A stretch of 62,326 nucleotides of DNA, counting the filler. It is 9 parts of 9 records of this genome, joined end to end, with 100 filler letters (N's around TTAATTAATTAA, not from the genome) between each part and the next. Parts side by side here need not be neighbours in the genome. Positions count along the whole stretch, not along the records: positions 49,295 to 56,227 come from SRR31156797_73903; positions 56,328 to 62,326 come from SRR31156797_74033; 7 more parts are not named here. One strand, given 5' to 3'. Numbering within the stretch: the stretch's first letter is position 1; every line of letters starts with the position of its first letter. Under the pieces are notes generated by a model. The model saw nothing but the letters and a program-made list of their open reading frames with translations, was not told where the DNA came from and searched no databases. This document shows, one piece after another, positions 52,468 to 62,326 of this stretch. The translations under genes were made by a program, and so were the position numbers.

Positions 52468-53484
52468 ATGTCCGATAATCCAATAATCGGTTTTAAAGTA
52501 GATCCCTCGGAAATAAAATATATCGGCGAAGACCTGCAGAGACCTGAATGCATTCTGGCCGAACCCGACGGCTCACTGTGGGCGGCCGACGCCAGGGGAG
52601 GCGTGGTCAAAATTTCCCCGGACGGCTCCCAGGAAATTATAACCCAATCGTTCGGAAAAGCTTTTTCAGACGCTGCCGATGACGCCAGCCGCTTCACCCA
52701 GGGCACTCTGCCCAACGGCCTGGCCTTTGCCGAAAACGGCGACATCCTCATATCCAACTTCGGCACGGACGTGCTTGAAGTTATGACCCGCGACGGTAAG
52801 ACCACATTAATGTATGACTCAATTGACGGGCAGCCTATCGGCAAAGTCAATTTTGTTCTTAGGGACAGCAAAAACCGGATCTGGCTGACTGTTTCCACCA
52901 GGATAAAAAACTGGATGGACGCCGCCGCCAGCCCCGATCTGGATGACGGGTACGTAGCCCTGGCGGATGAAAATGGCCTGAGAATAGTTGCCGACGGTTT
53001 CAGATTTACCAATGAGATCAGGCTGGACGCCAAGGAAGAATATCTTTACATAGTGGAAACCACGGGCTTGTGCATTTCCAGAATGAAAGTAGCCCCGGAC
53101 GGTTCACTGTCGGACCGGGAAGTATTCGGGCCAAGCAGCCTTGGAGCATTTCCAGACGGCATCGCCTTTGATTCTTATGGAAATCTCTGGGGGACCCTGG
53201 TCATGGCCGATAAAATATTCGTCCTGACCCCTGAAGGAGACATGCATATAATCTTGGATGATGAAGAACCGGAATCCGCAAAGGCCCTTATGGATGCTTT
53301 TCACCAGGGCAAGGCCGACCCGGAACTGATGCTGGCCGCGGGCGGAACCATCGCCCCGTGGTTTGCCAGCGTCACTTTCGGCGGAACGGATCTTAAGACC
53401 GTTTACATCGGCAGCCTCAGGGGAACCCGCATCCCTTACTTCCGATCGCCTGTAGCCGGACAGCCAATGGTTCATTGGAAGTAA
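52468..53484 (+). CDS. SMP-30/gluconolactonase-family beta-propeller
   Basis: RPEC, PNGLAF, FTNEI, FPDGIAFD, SVTFGG.DLKTVYIGSL. Confidence 0.9.
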   Translation: MSDNPIIGFKVDPSEIKYIGEDLQRPECILAEPDGSLWAADARGGVVKISPDGSQEIITQSFGKAFSDAADDASRFTQGTLPNGLAFAENGDILISNFGTDVLEVMTRDGKTTLMYDSIDGQPIGKVNFVLRDSKNRIWLTVSTRIKNWMDAAASPDLDDGYVALADENGLRIVADGFRFTNEIRLDAKEEYLYIVETTGLCISRMKVAPDGSLSDREVFGPSSLGAFPDGIAFDSYGNLWGTLVMADKIFVLTPEGDMHIILDDEEPESAKALMDAFHQGKADPELMLAAGGTIAPWFASVTFGGTDLKTVYIGSLRGTRIPYFRSPVAGQPMVHWK

Positions 53485-53511
53485 AAAAAGCCTCTGTAGA
53501 TTCCGTTTTTC

Positions 53512-53536
53512 AAGCGGGGCCGCGGCCCCGCTTTTT
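53512..53536. terminator. GC-rich hairpin between convergent genes
   Basis: AAGCGGGGCCG-CGGCCCCGCTT followed by a T run. Confidence 0.7.
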
Positions 53537-53538
53537 CA

Positions 53539-55446
53539 TTATTTGTTTTTTGTTATTTCCAGATACCACCCGCTCGACCTGTCCAGAATCCCCTGAATAC
53601 GTCCCACCAGGGCATGCGGGTCCTTCAGGTAACCCTCCAATAACAGCGAAGACTCAAAAAGCTGTTCCACGGCCGTGCTAAGATAATCGTCCTGCGGATT
53701 AGCCTTGTAGATCGAGAACAGGTTCCTGATCAACTTGTGGTCTTTATTGACCTCAAGTATTTTCTGCGGGATGGAATCATCCTTGCCCGCGATCTGCAAT
53801 ATTTTCTGCATTGTCGAAGTCAAGCCGCCGTCCGGATTGATCAGGCAACATGGGCTGCCTGAAAGCCTGGCCGACACTTTCACTTCCGTAATCCTGTCCC
53901 CCAGTATATCCCGAATCCTGTCCAGGAATTTGTCGAACTCCTTTTCATCGTCCGCATCCAAAGGATCGGCTTTTTCCTCTTCTTCCCTGGATTCATACTT
54001 ATCCAGGTTTGACGGATCCACGTGCTCCACGGATTTAACTTCAAAATCCTTGTAAGTCCTGACGGATTCCATGGCGAATTCATCCAGGGGGTCATACAGG
54101 AACAGGACTTCAAGCCCTTTGGACTTGAATATTTCCATGTGGGGATTTAAAGCCACCGCCTCACGGCTGTGACCGAAAACATAATAAATTTCTTTCTGAT
54201 CGGGCTGCGCCTTTTCTATATATTCATCAAATGAAATGAGCCCGTTGGAATCTTCGCAACGAGAAGAATTGAACCTTAATAAGGAAGCGTATTTTTCCCT
54301 GTTGGCAAAGTCGCCGTAACCTATTTTGAACAGCCGGCCGTGCTCCTTCCAGAACTCCTCATATTTTTCCCTGTCATCATCAGCCGTTTTCTGCAGGTGG
54401 GTGAGCACCTGCTTGGTCATATTGGCCGCGATTTTTCCAAGTATCAGGTTTTCCTGCAAAGTTTCCCTGGATATATTGAGGGGGATGTCTTCCGAGTCCA
54501 CGACGCCCCTGACAAACCCAAGATATTCCGGCAGTATTTCATTGTTGCCGCGCTGGATCAGCACCCTGCGGACGTAAAGGTCCAATCCGGGCGCCTCCCG
54601 GGTCATACCGGGGAAATCAAAGCTTTTTTGAGGAATAAACAAAAGACTGTTGTATTGAACCGGGGCGTCCACTGAAGTGTGGATCGTTACCAGGGGCGCT
54701 TCCGAATCAAAAGTCAGGAACTTGTAAAACTCGTTGTATTGCTCTTCCTTTATGTTGAATTTGGGCTCACGCCAGATGGCTTCTACCGTATTGACCCTGT
54801 CGTCCTCGATATATATGGGAAAGGAAATAAAATTAGAGTGCCTTTCGATTATACCCTTGAGACGTTCCTTGTCTGCATATTCATCAGCTTCGTCTATCAA
54901 ATGGACTTCTATGGTTGTGCCCCGGCTTATGCTTTCAGCGGATTCTGTTATCTGGTAGGAACCGAGTCCGTCCGACCGCCATTCCACCGGCGGCTCATCT
55001 CTCAGATACGACTTGGTCGTCAACACAACTTCCTTGGCGACCATAAAGACCGAATAGAAGCCGACGCCAAACTGTCCGATAATGTTTTCAAGGCCGCCCT
55101 TTTCTTCCGCGGCCTTTTTAAAGAACTCCGCGGATCCCGACCTGGCGATTGTACCGATATTGGAAACAACTTCCTCCCTGGTCATGCCTATCCCGGTATC
55201 GGATATCCTGATCAGCTTGTTGTCCTTGTCAAAATCAATTCTGATTTCCAGGGGCAAGCCGCTGTCCGCCAGTTCCGCCCCGCGATTGGATTCAAAACGA
55301 AGCTTATCCAGGGCGTCCGAGGCATTGGATACCAATTCCCTGAGAAATATTTCCTTGTTGGTATAAAGACTGTGAACCAGAATATCGAGAAGCTGTTTCA
55401 CTTCGGCTTTAAATTTGTATTTGGATACTTTTGGCTTGTCCGTCAT
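53539..55446 (-). CDS. htpG: Chaperone HtpG (Hsp90)
   Basis: [46 protein letters not shown]. Confidence 0.98.
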
Positions 55447-55617
55447 AGCGCGCGATTTACCTCACAATGTAAATTGTTTATATATTTCACACGCTAATAT
55501 AAGTTCGCTTTGTAAGATGTCAAGAGGCTGGCACAGGTTTATAATCACAGATGTTTCAAAAAACCTACCGCAATACTTCAATATTTCATCCTTCCGTAAA
55601 AAACAGGCGGGAAGCAA

Positions 55618-55670
55618 TTGACAAAAGTTACTTTATGATCTATTGTATACGATATTAGTATATATATACA
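55618..55670 (+). promoter_or_regulatory. sigma70 promoter with palindromic operator for tetR
   Basis: TTGACA-17-TATTGT overlapping TATAC-N7-GTATA. Confidence 0.55.
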
Positions 55671-55701
55671 GTTATCGTAAATTTATTAGGATTTGGTCCT
55701 T

Positions 55702-56227
55702 ATGCCGGGAAAAAGAAAAAAAACAAGTAAAAAAGACATGATAGTACAAACAGCCGAACGTCTCTTCAAAAGGCATGGATTCAAGCGAATCAGCGTGGAA
55801 GAAATCTGCCGCGAAGCCGGGGCCAGCAAGATGACCTTCTACAAATATTTTTCCAACAAAACCGACCTGGTCCTGCGAATCAAGGAAGCATGGATGGAGG
55901 AAGGCTTTTCCAAGTTTGATGAAATCAAGGCGATGGACATTGCTTTTCCGGAAAAAATCAAGTTGATGACCCAGTGGAAAATAGAGTTTTCCGCCAAAAT
56001 AAGCGCACAATTCCTACAAGACGCCGTATCTCTGGAAGAAGACCTGGCTGAATTCAAAAGGCGTTACCTGGCCAACATTGCCGAAGCCCAGAAAAACGGA
56101 GAAATCAGGCCGGATATCAACCTGGAATTTCTTTGGATGGTGCTGGACAAAATCCATGAACTGGTCAGGGAAGGCAGGTACACGGATGTCCTGCCCGACT
56201 ACAACGAATTCCAGTATCAACTTAGAA
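55702..56227 (+). CDS. TetR/AcrR regulator; 3' partial
   Basis: LFKRHGFKRISVEEICREAGASKMTFYKYFSNK. Confidence 0.93.
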
Positions 56228-56626
56228 NNNNNNNNNNNNNNNNNNNNNNNNNNNNNNNNNNNNNNNNNNNNTTAATTAATTAANNNNNNNNNNNNNNNNN
56301 NNNNNNNNNNNNNNNNNNNNNNNNNNNTCTGAACACTCATTTTTATCTTCGTTCATTACATTCCTTTCAAATTTTAAAGCCCGTAATATAACCACGATTT
56401 CAGGAAAAAAACAAAGAATTAAAAAGTGTGTGTAACGGGGTGGCTGTAATCTGTTTCTGGGTGTGTAATGGGTGTCATCGGGATTTACATGAATGATGTA
56501 ACAGGGGTTGTGGTTTTATTTATTGTTTCAATAGGTTATCAAAAATAAGCTGCCCTTGGTGGCAGCGTACAAGCTGTCCTTTAGGTGGGGTCGTTTTTAT
56601 CATTCAAAAAGCGAATCAATTCACCT

Positions 56627-58429
56627 TTAGGTGATTAAATCATCAACAAATTCGGACACTGGGTTAATGCCGGTAACCAACAAATGATCCCTGGCCCTGG
56701 TGCATGCCACATAAAGAAGATGCCGTTCCGTGTTATATACCTCATCCAGATCCGCATCATCTCCTACGGCTTCAATTCTTTGTAAAGAAGGGATAACATC
56801 CTCAATTTGCGGTACAGGGCCGTTGAAAACGGAAATGGTGTCACTTCTTTTTTCCTGGTTGCCGTCAACATCAGCAATTTCCGGGTCCAGTAATAAATCG
56901 GCCTGTTTTCGGATCTGATGTGAAGTGCGATAGTTGATCCGAAGTGTCCGGGATCGTCCAAGGATGTTGATTCCAAGCGCTTTCCAGGAAAATGGCTGTT
57001 GGAAAATCCGCTGACCCAGATCGCCTGCGAAAAAAAGCCCGTTTTCAGGTTTACCGCCCATGGCGGCCAGCAACTGCAGCTGGGCAACGCTGACATCCTG
57101 TGCTTCATCAACAACAATGTAGTCAAAAGGAGAATGGCCTTTTTCTTGAATTTTTTCGGCAACAGTATTAAACATTTCAGATGTTGTGGTCAGCTGGTGT
57201 TCCTGAAGCAGAGAACGAACTTTTGAAAAGATTTCCCACAGCTTTTGCCTTTGTTGCTCCGGCAGACGGGTTTTTCTTCCCAGGCGGCGAACATCTCGAT
57301 ATGCTTCCCAGGTCTGCAATTGCCATGCATCAACCACATCTTGCCATTCACTGAACAGGAAGCGCTGTGAAAATGTGTGATCTGATACACTTTGTGCCGC
57401 ATTTTCGATAAAGGCTTTTATCTGTGATATGGAGGCAAGATTCAGCTTCAGGCCTTGGGCCTGGTAGAGCCGTCTGCCAATGGTTTCCATGTCCGCCACT
57501 TCCAGGCGTTCAGCAAGCTTGGGCATATTGCTGATCAAAAGTTTTAATTTTCCTTGCAGTGCATTGGCAAGGGGCTGGGAAAATGTGGTCAATAAAATAC
57601 GGGATTCAGAATTCATCCGAGCCAGGTGGACAGCCCGATGCAGGGCAACAACCGTTTTGCCTGTACCTGCAGATCCTGATACCCGGGCCGGGCCGCTGAA
57701 GTTTTTTTGCACCAGTTTCCGCTGATCCGGATGAAGAAAGATGGTCCATTTTTCCCAGGGGGCATCCAGTGCCCGTTCCAATTCATCTCTGTTCGTCATT
57801 AAACGGAAACGGCGTTTGGCATCAGGATGGTCAAACGGATTGCCGGTGTTCGTTGAAATAAAACCCAATGTTCCGGGTGTTCCGCCGGTGGCAATTTCCA
57901 GCAGGGCTTCCGATGCTTCAGCAGGAAGATGGTCTGCCAGATCCAGCAGCGTATCTTCATTTACTTTATGGACATCTTCAAGCCATTCTTCGGGCACACC
58001 GTAGCCGAGAAGGTCTTCATCAGTTCCGTTTTTAAATAACAAAGGCTTGTCAGGATCAACCTGATTTTCAACATAGACGGGGAGTATAACTTCTTTGATC
58101 CGTTCCCGGATTTCAATAATCTGGGCGGCCCCGGTTTTAGGATGTACTTCAAGTTTGCGTTTTTCGGCCCATGCATAGGCTTGTTCATGATGATCGACAT
58201 AACAAAGAAGAAAATTGGCATCTGTCTTCTGGACAATGATCCGGATATCATTATTTACCCGGACAGACCAGAAATTGGGATCTTTCACCCGGTCCAGCCG
58301 ATGGAATTGAAGCCCTGGATGCGCGGGATTCATTTGCAGGTCAAAGGCAGTCGTTTTAATGATTTTTTGCTCCTGGGCATTCATCTTTGCAAGACTGGCC
58401 GTAAATGTATCTGCAATACGAAAATTCAT
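56627..58429 (-). CDS. UvrD-like SF1 helicase with N-terminal RelE/ParE-like domain (apparent internal deletion near the C-terminus)
   Basis: N-terminal PGLQFHRL..FWSVRVNNDIRIIV; GSAGTGKT, VDEAQD, GDLGQRI, NYRT, LYVACTRAR; no motif V (AKGLEF-like). Confidence 0.85.
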   Translation of the reverse strand: MNFRIADTFTASLAKMNAQEQKIIKTTAFDLQMNPAHPGLQFHRLDRVKDPNFWSVRVNNDIRIIVQKTDANFLLCYVDHHEQAYAWAEKRKLEVHPKTGAAQIIEIRERIKEVILPVYVENQVDPDKPLLFKNGTDEDLLGYGVPEEWLEDVHKVNEDTLLDLADHLPAEASEALLEIATGGTPGTLGFISTNTGNPFDHPDAKRRFRLMTNRDELERALDAPWEKWTIFLHPDQRKLVQKNFSGPARVSGSAGTGKTVVALHRAVHLARMNSESRILLTTFSQPLANALQGKLKLLISNMPKLAERLEVADMETIGRRLYQAQGLKLNLASISQIKAFIENAAQSVSDHTFSQRFLFSEWQDVVDAWQLQTWEAYRDVRRLGRKTRLPEQQRQKLWEIFSKVRSLLQEHQLTTTSEMFNTVAEKIQEKGHSPFDYIVVDEAQDVSVAQLQLLAAMGGKPENGLFFAGDLGQRIFQQPFSWKALGINILGRSRTLRINYRTSHQIRKQADLLLDPEIADVDGNQEKRSDTISVFNGPVPQIEDVIPSLQRIEAVGDDADLDEVYNTERHLLYVACTRARDHLLVTGINPVSEFVDDLIT

Positions 58430-60939
58430 AGACCTGTTCCAATCGTAACGGGTGTGGAAATCTGATTTTTAACGGCTGCATAAAGATCGATGTTTGTTTC
58501 GGGGGCATGGATGGAGATGATCAAGGCATACCGCGCCTTTTTATTGTATCTTGCAAGGGCGGTTCTGGTTTTCCACCAGCCAAGGGTGGGGAAAACAGCC
58601 AACACGCCCCGGCTGGCAAGGTCGGCTGCTGTTCCTTGCCATATATCAGAATGCAATGATCCTTTATGGCGATTCTGCGGACCGATGAGCCATCCTTTAT
58701 CATCTCCTGAACTTTTGTTTATATTATCTTCATTGATGGCCAGGGAATTGATCCTTCCTCGAAAGTCATTTTCTGATTCAGGGGGCCTTTTCACATCAAA
58801 GCGAAGCCCGTGGGATTCATAGCGGTATCTGGAACGAACACCCCGAGAGGAAGGGTTAGGTTCGATGAAGTAGGACAACGTGATTCTCATCTCCACCTCT
58901 GTTTCCCCTAAACTTTCAAGCTCATCAAGGGGCCATGGAAGTTGATGAAGATTCATGTCCCGCAAAGCAGGTGCCTTAGCCCCTTCTTTTTTGAATGGAT
59001 ACAGCTCGCTTTCAATCACCATGGTCAACGAATTGGAAAGGCTCCATACAGCCCGATTTATATCCGGCACACCAAAGCCGCAGTGGCGGACTAACCACAG
59101 ATAATCTGCCTTATTCGGTTTTTTTCCTGCCGGAAGATAAGCCTGTAACATGGCATCGGTCCATCTTGCAGAATGAACCATCAACGCCCGTATGGTTTCA
59201 GGCCAAAGTTCAGGGTACTCGGCCATTAATCGTGCAGCCATTCGACATGCAAGGGCTGTGGCTGCGCTGGTGGCATTTATGGTGGTCAGTAAACGGTTGA
59301 ACGGGCTATGATTGGTGGTCAAAAGGCTTAAGCTTGGCAGCGATATGGGACTGATTTCATCATTTGCCGCGTTCCCGCCTTCAAAAACGACCTCCGGCTT
59401 TAAGGGCCAGGCCTTTTGCCAGGTGGCAGATGTGGTGCTGAAAGGACTTAAGCCGCCAGCCGGAGCAATCGGCCTGTAACTGGTCGCATCATCATCTGTG
59501 ATGTTAATAAGATCCGTATACGCGCCGACAGTTAATGCATTCCATGCCTGACCAGGATCATGAATACCGTCGCTGGTGTTTGATTCCGGATATTCACCCC
59601 AGGCATTGAGATCTTCAATATTCCCGGCACAAAGCACCATCAACCGGGGTTGATAATTTTCCCCTTCTGCATCCACGGCCAGACTATCCACGGTTGCTGA
59701 CCAGGCTGACGGACGCCCCCGGTCCCGATCATCACAGGCTGCAATAGCCATTCCAAATACACGTTTGCGAAAAGCATCGGTGACAATAACACGATTTACC
59801 GCTTCCTGGGTCAAGAAGCCGTGCAATTCTGCATCTCCTTTGTTGCCCCCTTGATATGGCAAAAGCTTTACGGATTCAATCCTGTGCTGAATATGGATAG
59901 GCAAAGATGAGGCCAGGGCATCCGTTAGATTTCCGAACAAAGCCACACCTGCCATGGTCGAGCCATGCCCTTCCTGATCATCTAAGCCCCAGCCAGGCTC
60001 CACCGTATGCAGATCCTTACCGTCCAGAGCAGGAGAAATAAGCGGATGCATATGGTTGATACCGGTATCCAGAAGACAGATATGAGGAACGGCATCATTT
60101 TGAGGTGTATATTGACAGCGGTTCAGCAACTCATTGACCCATTCCGGCTGCTCTTCAGGGGGCAAGGCGTCGAAAAATTCGGCTGTCTCCTTGGCTCGGC
60201 GTAATTCTGCAATGGAGTTCAGCATCATCATGGACTGCTGCATTTGACGTTTTGACGCATGTACCTGCAGCACGGTTCGTTCGGGGAATTCAAGAAAGGA
60301 CCGGGAAATGTCCATGCCTTGTACTTCTGCCAGGGATCGGAACGCGTTGACTTCTTTTTCTCGGTCTTTTCTTCGCGGTAACCATACCTCCCACCAGAAC
60401 GATTCATCATCCTGTTGCGGGAAAAGTGACTCGTCATCTGTCCAAAGCGCTTGGAGACTGGCCTCATGAATCTCTTTGATGGTATTAATAAGCTTGTGAT
60501 TGTCGCGCAATGCCCCGTTCTTATCTCTCTTCTCATTGAGATAATCCGTAATCAGATTTTCAAAATGAACCAATTTGCCGTCCGGAACAAAAACTGTGGC
60601 ACAGGTCTGTTCTTTGTCCTGTCGGATATTGAACAGCTCAATACCGGAGCGTTCCCGGGCCAGACTTTCAAAGGCAAGTTCGAGATCATCAAAGGACTCA
60701 AATTCAAGGCGCAGGCCGATCCCTTCGGCCTCAAGCCCAACTGATTCCTGAATCTGCCGGGCCTCATCCATCACCGGTTTTAATTGTTGAATTTGTCCAA
60801 GCAGGTGGTTTCCGTGCTGTTGACGCTCCCTTGAAGGCGGATTTGCAGAATTGCCGCCACCCTTGGGTCGGAACGGCTCAGGCCGGGCCAGGTTGCCCAG
60901 TAAGAAATGAGATTTTTTCTGTTCGTTTCTTTCGGTCAT
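58426..60939 (-). CDS. S8 subtilase (IetS/Y4bN-like)
   Basis: LLDTG, GHGSTMAG, AGN, TVGA, KPEVV, ATSAATA, WPETIRALMVHSA. Confidence 0.9.
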   Translation of the reverse strand: MTERNEQKKSHFLLGNLARPEPFRPKGGGNSANPPSRERQQHGNHLLGQIQQLKPVMDEARQIQESVGLEAEGIGLRLEFESFDDLELAFESLARERSGIELFNIRQDKEQTCATVFVPDGKLVHFENLITDYLNEKRDKNGALRDNHKLINTIKEIHEASLQALWTDDESLFPQQDDESFWWEVWLPRRKDREKEVNAFRSLAEVQGMDISRSFLEFPERTVLQVHASKRQMQQSMMMLNSIAELRRAKETAEFFDALPPEEQPEWVNELLNRCQYTPQNDAVPHICLLDTGINHMHPLISPALDGKDLHTVEPGWGLDDQEGHGSTMAGVALFGNLTDALASSLPIHIQHRIESVKLLPYQGGNKGDAELHGFLTQEAVNRVIVTDAFRKRVFGMAIAACDDRDRGRPSAWSATVDSLAVDAEGENYQPRLMVLCAGNIEDLNAWGEYPESNTSDGIHDPGQAWNALTVGAYTDLINITDDDATSYRPIAPAGGLSPFSTTSATWQKAWPLKPEVVFEGGNAANDEISPISLPSLSLLTTNHSPFNRLLTTINATSAATALACRMAARLMAEYPELWPETIRALMVHSARWTDAMLQAYLPAGKKPNKADYLWLVRHCGFGVPDINRAVWSLSNSLTMVIESELYPFKKEGAKAPALRDMNLHQLPWPLDELESLGETEVEMRITLSYFIEPNPSSRGVRSRYRYESHGLRFDVKRPPESENDFRGRINSLAINEDNINKSSGDDKGWLIGPQNRHKGSLHSDIWQGTAADLASRGVLAVFPTLGWWKTRTALARYNKKARYALIISIHAPETNIDLYAAVKNQISTPVTIGTGL

Positions 60940-61925
60940 TATCCTTGCATCAGGCGACCTCTTAGGTTTTTGCGTTCAGCAATTATTTTTTCGATCGTAG
61001 TTTCAGTGACCTTGGATTCCTTGTTGATGAGCATATATTTCAATGCCTCCTGGACACCCCGGTTGATTTCGGCGTGACTTAAGCCTTGTGCCAGGTCGGC
61101 CAGGCGATTCCAGGACATATCGTCCGCCAGATGGGACAATTTTGCTTTCAAAAGCATGGCTGCAAGAGACTGGTCCGGCAGATTGTACTGCAGCACATCA
61201 TCAAACCGCCTGAAAAGTGCATGATCCAGAATGCCGGGGTGATTGGTGGCGGCAATAATCAGGCTGTGGGAATCGTCCTGCTCGATCATGATCAGAAAGC
61301 TGTTCAAAATCCGCCGGATTTCCCCCACATCATTGATCATACCCCGGTTGGAGCCAATGGCGTCAAACTCATCAAAAAAATAGACCCCCCGGGTCTGGAT
61401 TGCCGCATCAAAAATCTGCCTGAGTTTGGCGGCGGTCTCTCCCATATATTTTGTGAGCAATCCGTCCAGGCGAATCTGGAACAATGGATACCCAAGTTCT
61501 CCGGCAAGCACGGAGGCTGACATGGTTTTACCGGTACCTGGAGGCCCGACCAGGAGCAGTTTTCTGGCCGGAGACAACCCGTGGGCGAGTAGTTGCGTCC
61601 CATGGCGCTGTTCCCGAATGACCTTTTTTATCTGCAGGGCCAAGGTTTCTTCCAGGACCATATCAGAAAGCCGCTGTTTGGGATAGGTGACGGTCAGAAG
61701 ATCCGAAAGTTCACCACGTGGGCGGCCAATGGGAATCGGGGCCGCTTGCCGGGTGGCTCTGCGCTTTTTAGCTTCGTCAATAAGTGCGCGCAGTTCTTGG
61801 GCCAGCTTCCCATGACCCTGTTTGGCTTCGTGGGCTGCCACCTGCATGGCCACAGAGTAGAAGCGCTGGTCGTCTCCCTGGCTGTGTGACTGCAGCAATG
61901 CTTTAATGTGGTCTGCCCTGGCCAT
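60939..61925 (-). CDS. AAA+ ATPase (IetA-like)
   Basis: GPPGTGKT, FFDEFD, AATN, DHALFRRFD; coupled to the S8 gene by a TAATG overlap. Confidence 0.92.
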   Translation of the reverse strand: MARADHIKALLQSHSQGDDQRFYSVAMQVAAHEAKQGHGKLAQELRALIDEAKKRRATRQAAPIPIGRPRGELSDLLTVTYPKQRLSDMVLEETLALQIKKVIREQRHGTQLLAHGLSPARKLLLVGPPGTGKTMSASVLAGELGYPLFQIRLDGLLTKYMGETAAKLRQIFDAAIQTRGVYFFDEFDAIGSNRGMINDVGEIRRILNSFLIMIEQDDSHSLIIAATNHPGILDHALFRRFDDVLQYNLPDQSLAAMLLKAKLSHLADDMSWNRLADLAQGLSHAEINRGVQEALKYMLINKESKVTETTIEKIIAERKNLRGRLMQG

Positions 61926-61985
61926 GTTTTTTGCTCCTGAAAAAATCCGGTTACACTTTATATCGGCTCTTTACGGCATTATAGC

Positions 61986-62326
61986 TTATATTTGATAAAC
62001 TTTCATCACTTCATCTCCCAGGTGATTAATCACCTTAACGGCAATACGGCCGGATGCCGGGCGGTCAAAAGGCCGGGAAAGGTCACTGTTCAGGCTCTTC
62101 CAGGCCGCTTTGTCGATTTCCGCTTTAAGGGTGGTTTTCAATGCTTTGTACGGATCATTGGCCCCGAGGAAATAGGCATGGCGGACAAAGAAACTCTCCT
62201 CGTTGTAATCCGTATCAATGAACCAGCAGGCAATGCCGTCGGCATTATCGCTTTTCACCTCACCGGTATTGGGATGAAACACGTCCACGCCGTTGATTTT
62301 AACCCATCTTTTTGGGTGAGAGTTGA
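61986..62326 (-). CDS. C-terminus of a site-specific DNA methyltransferase (type III Mod-like); 5' partial
   Basis: GVDVFHPNTGEV..IACWFIDTDYNEESFFVRHAYF..RIAVKVINHLGDEVMKV, a tail typical of such MTases; catalytic motifs lie outside the window. Confidence 0.75.
   Translation of the reverse strand, partial: NSHPKRWVKINGVDVFHPNTGEVKSDNADGIACWFIDTDYNEESFFVRHAYFLGANDPYKALKTTLKAEIDKAAWKSLNSDLSRPFDRPASGRIAVKVINHLGDEVMKVYQI

Noticed and set aside
55490-55525. CIRCE element before htpG
   Set aside because: No TTAGCACTC-N9-GAGTGCTAA; only a possible CTTGAC..CTTATAT heat-shock-like promoter, too weak to call.
12000-56327. Eight recurring TTAATTAATTAA motifs resembling a repeat family
   Set aside because: Each is flanked by N44 runs and gives stops in all six frames, so it is an artificial contig linker. 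Genes on different contigs must not be read as one system.
1-62326. CRISPR arrays, tRNA or rRNA genes
   Set aside because: I found no repeat-spacer arrays, tRNA cloverleaf patterns or rRNA signatures by eye.

Overview
This window is not one continuous locus. It is nine unrelated contigs joined by artificial 100-nt spacers (N44-TTAATTAATTAA-N44), most likely from an anaerobic metagenome (mainly Desulfobacterota-like; one AT-rich contig). Contig 1 (1-11999): TonB receptor, Fe/B12-type ABC transporter and a Cys-rich CobN-like chelatase behind a leader with a strong terminator; also a DtxR/MntR regulator, a decayed Ni/Co transporter, an MCP and NrdG. Contig 2: a sigma54 activator followed by two tandem [sigma54 promoter - non-pyrrolysine MttB methyltransferase - BCCT transporter] modules. 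Contig 3: SLC13 permease, cytidylate-kinase-like protein and relics of NhaD, an IS and a phage capsid. Contig 4: pilus-associated ABC exporter, REP-like inverted repeat, decayed VapC/Phd pair and PilY1. Contig 5: FpvCDEF/J/K-like metal ABC cluster. Contig 6: CHASE2 adenylate cyclase, isochorismatase, SMUG1 and a nucleotidyltransferase. Contig 7: sigma54 activator, a sugar-ABC-ATPase/PAS/histidine-kinase fusion, and a sigma54 operon (double PfpI, Zn dehydrogenase, sugar ABC ATPase). Contig 8: TRAP transporter, SMP-30 lactonase, HtpG and TetR. Contig 9: defence island (DNA methyltransferase, AAA ATPase, S8 protease, RelE-like/UvrD helicase). The best novelty candidates are the ABC-ATPase-kinase fusion, the protease/RelE-helicase defence operon and the TonB-CobN-like operon with its attenuator-like leader. 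All family calls come from motif recognition; no database search was run.
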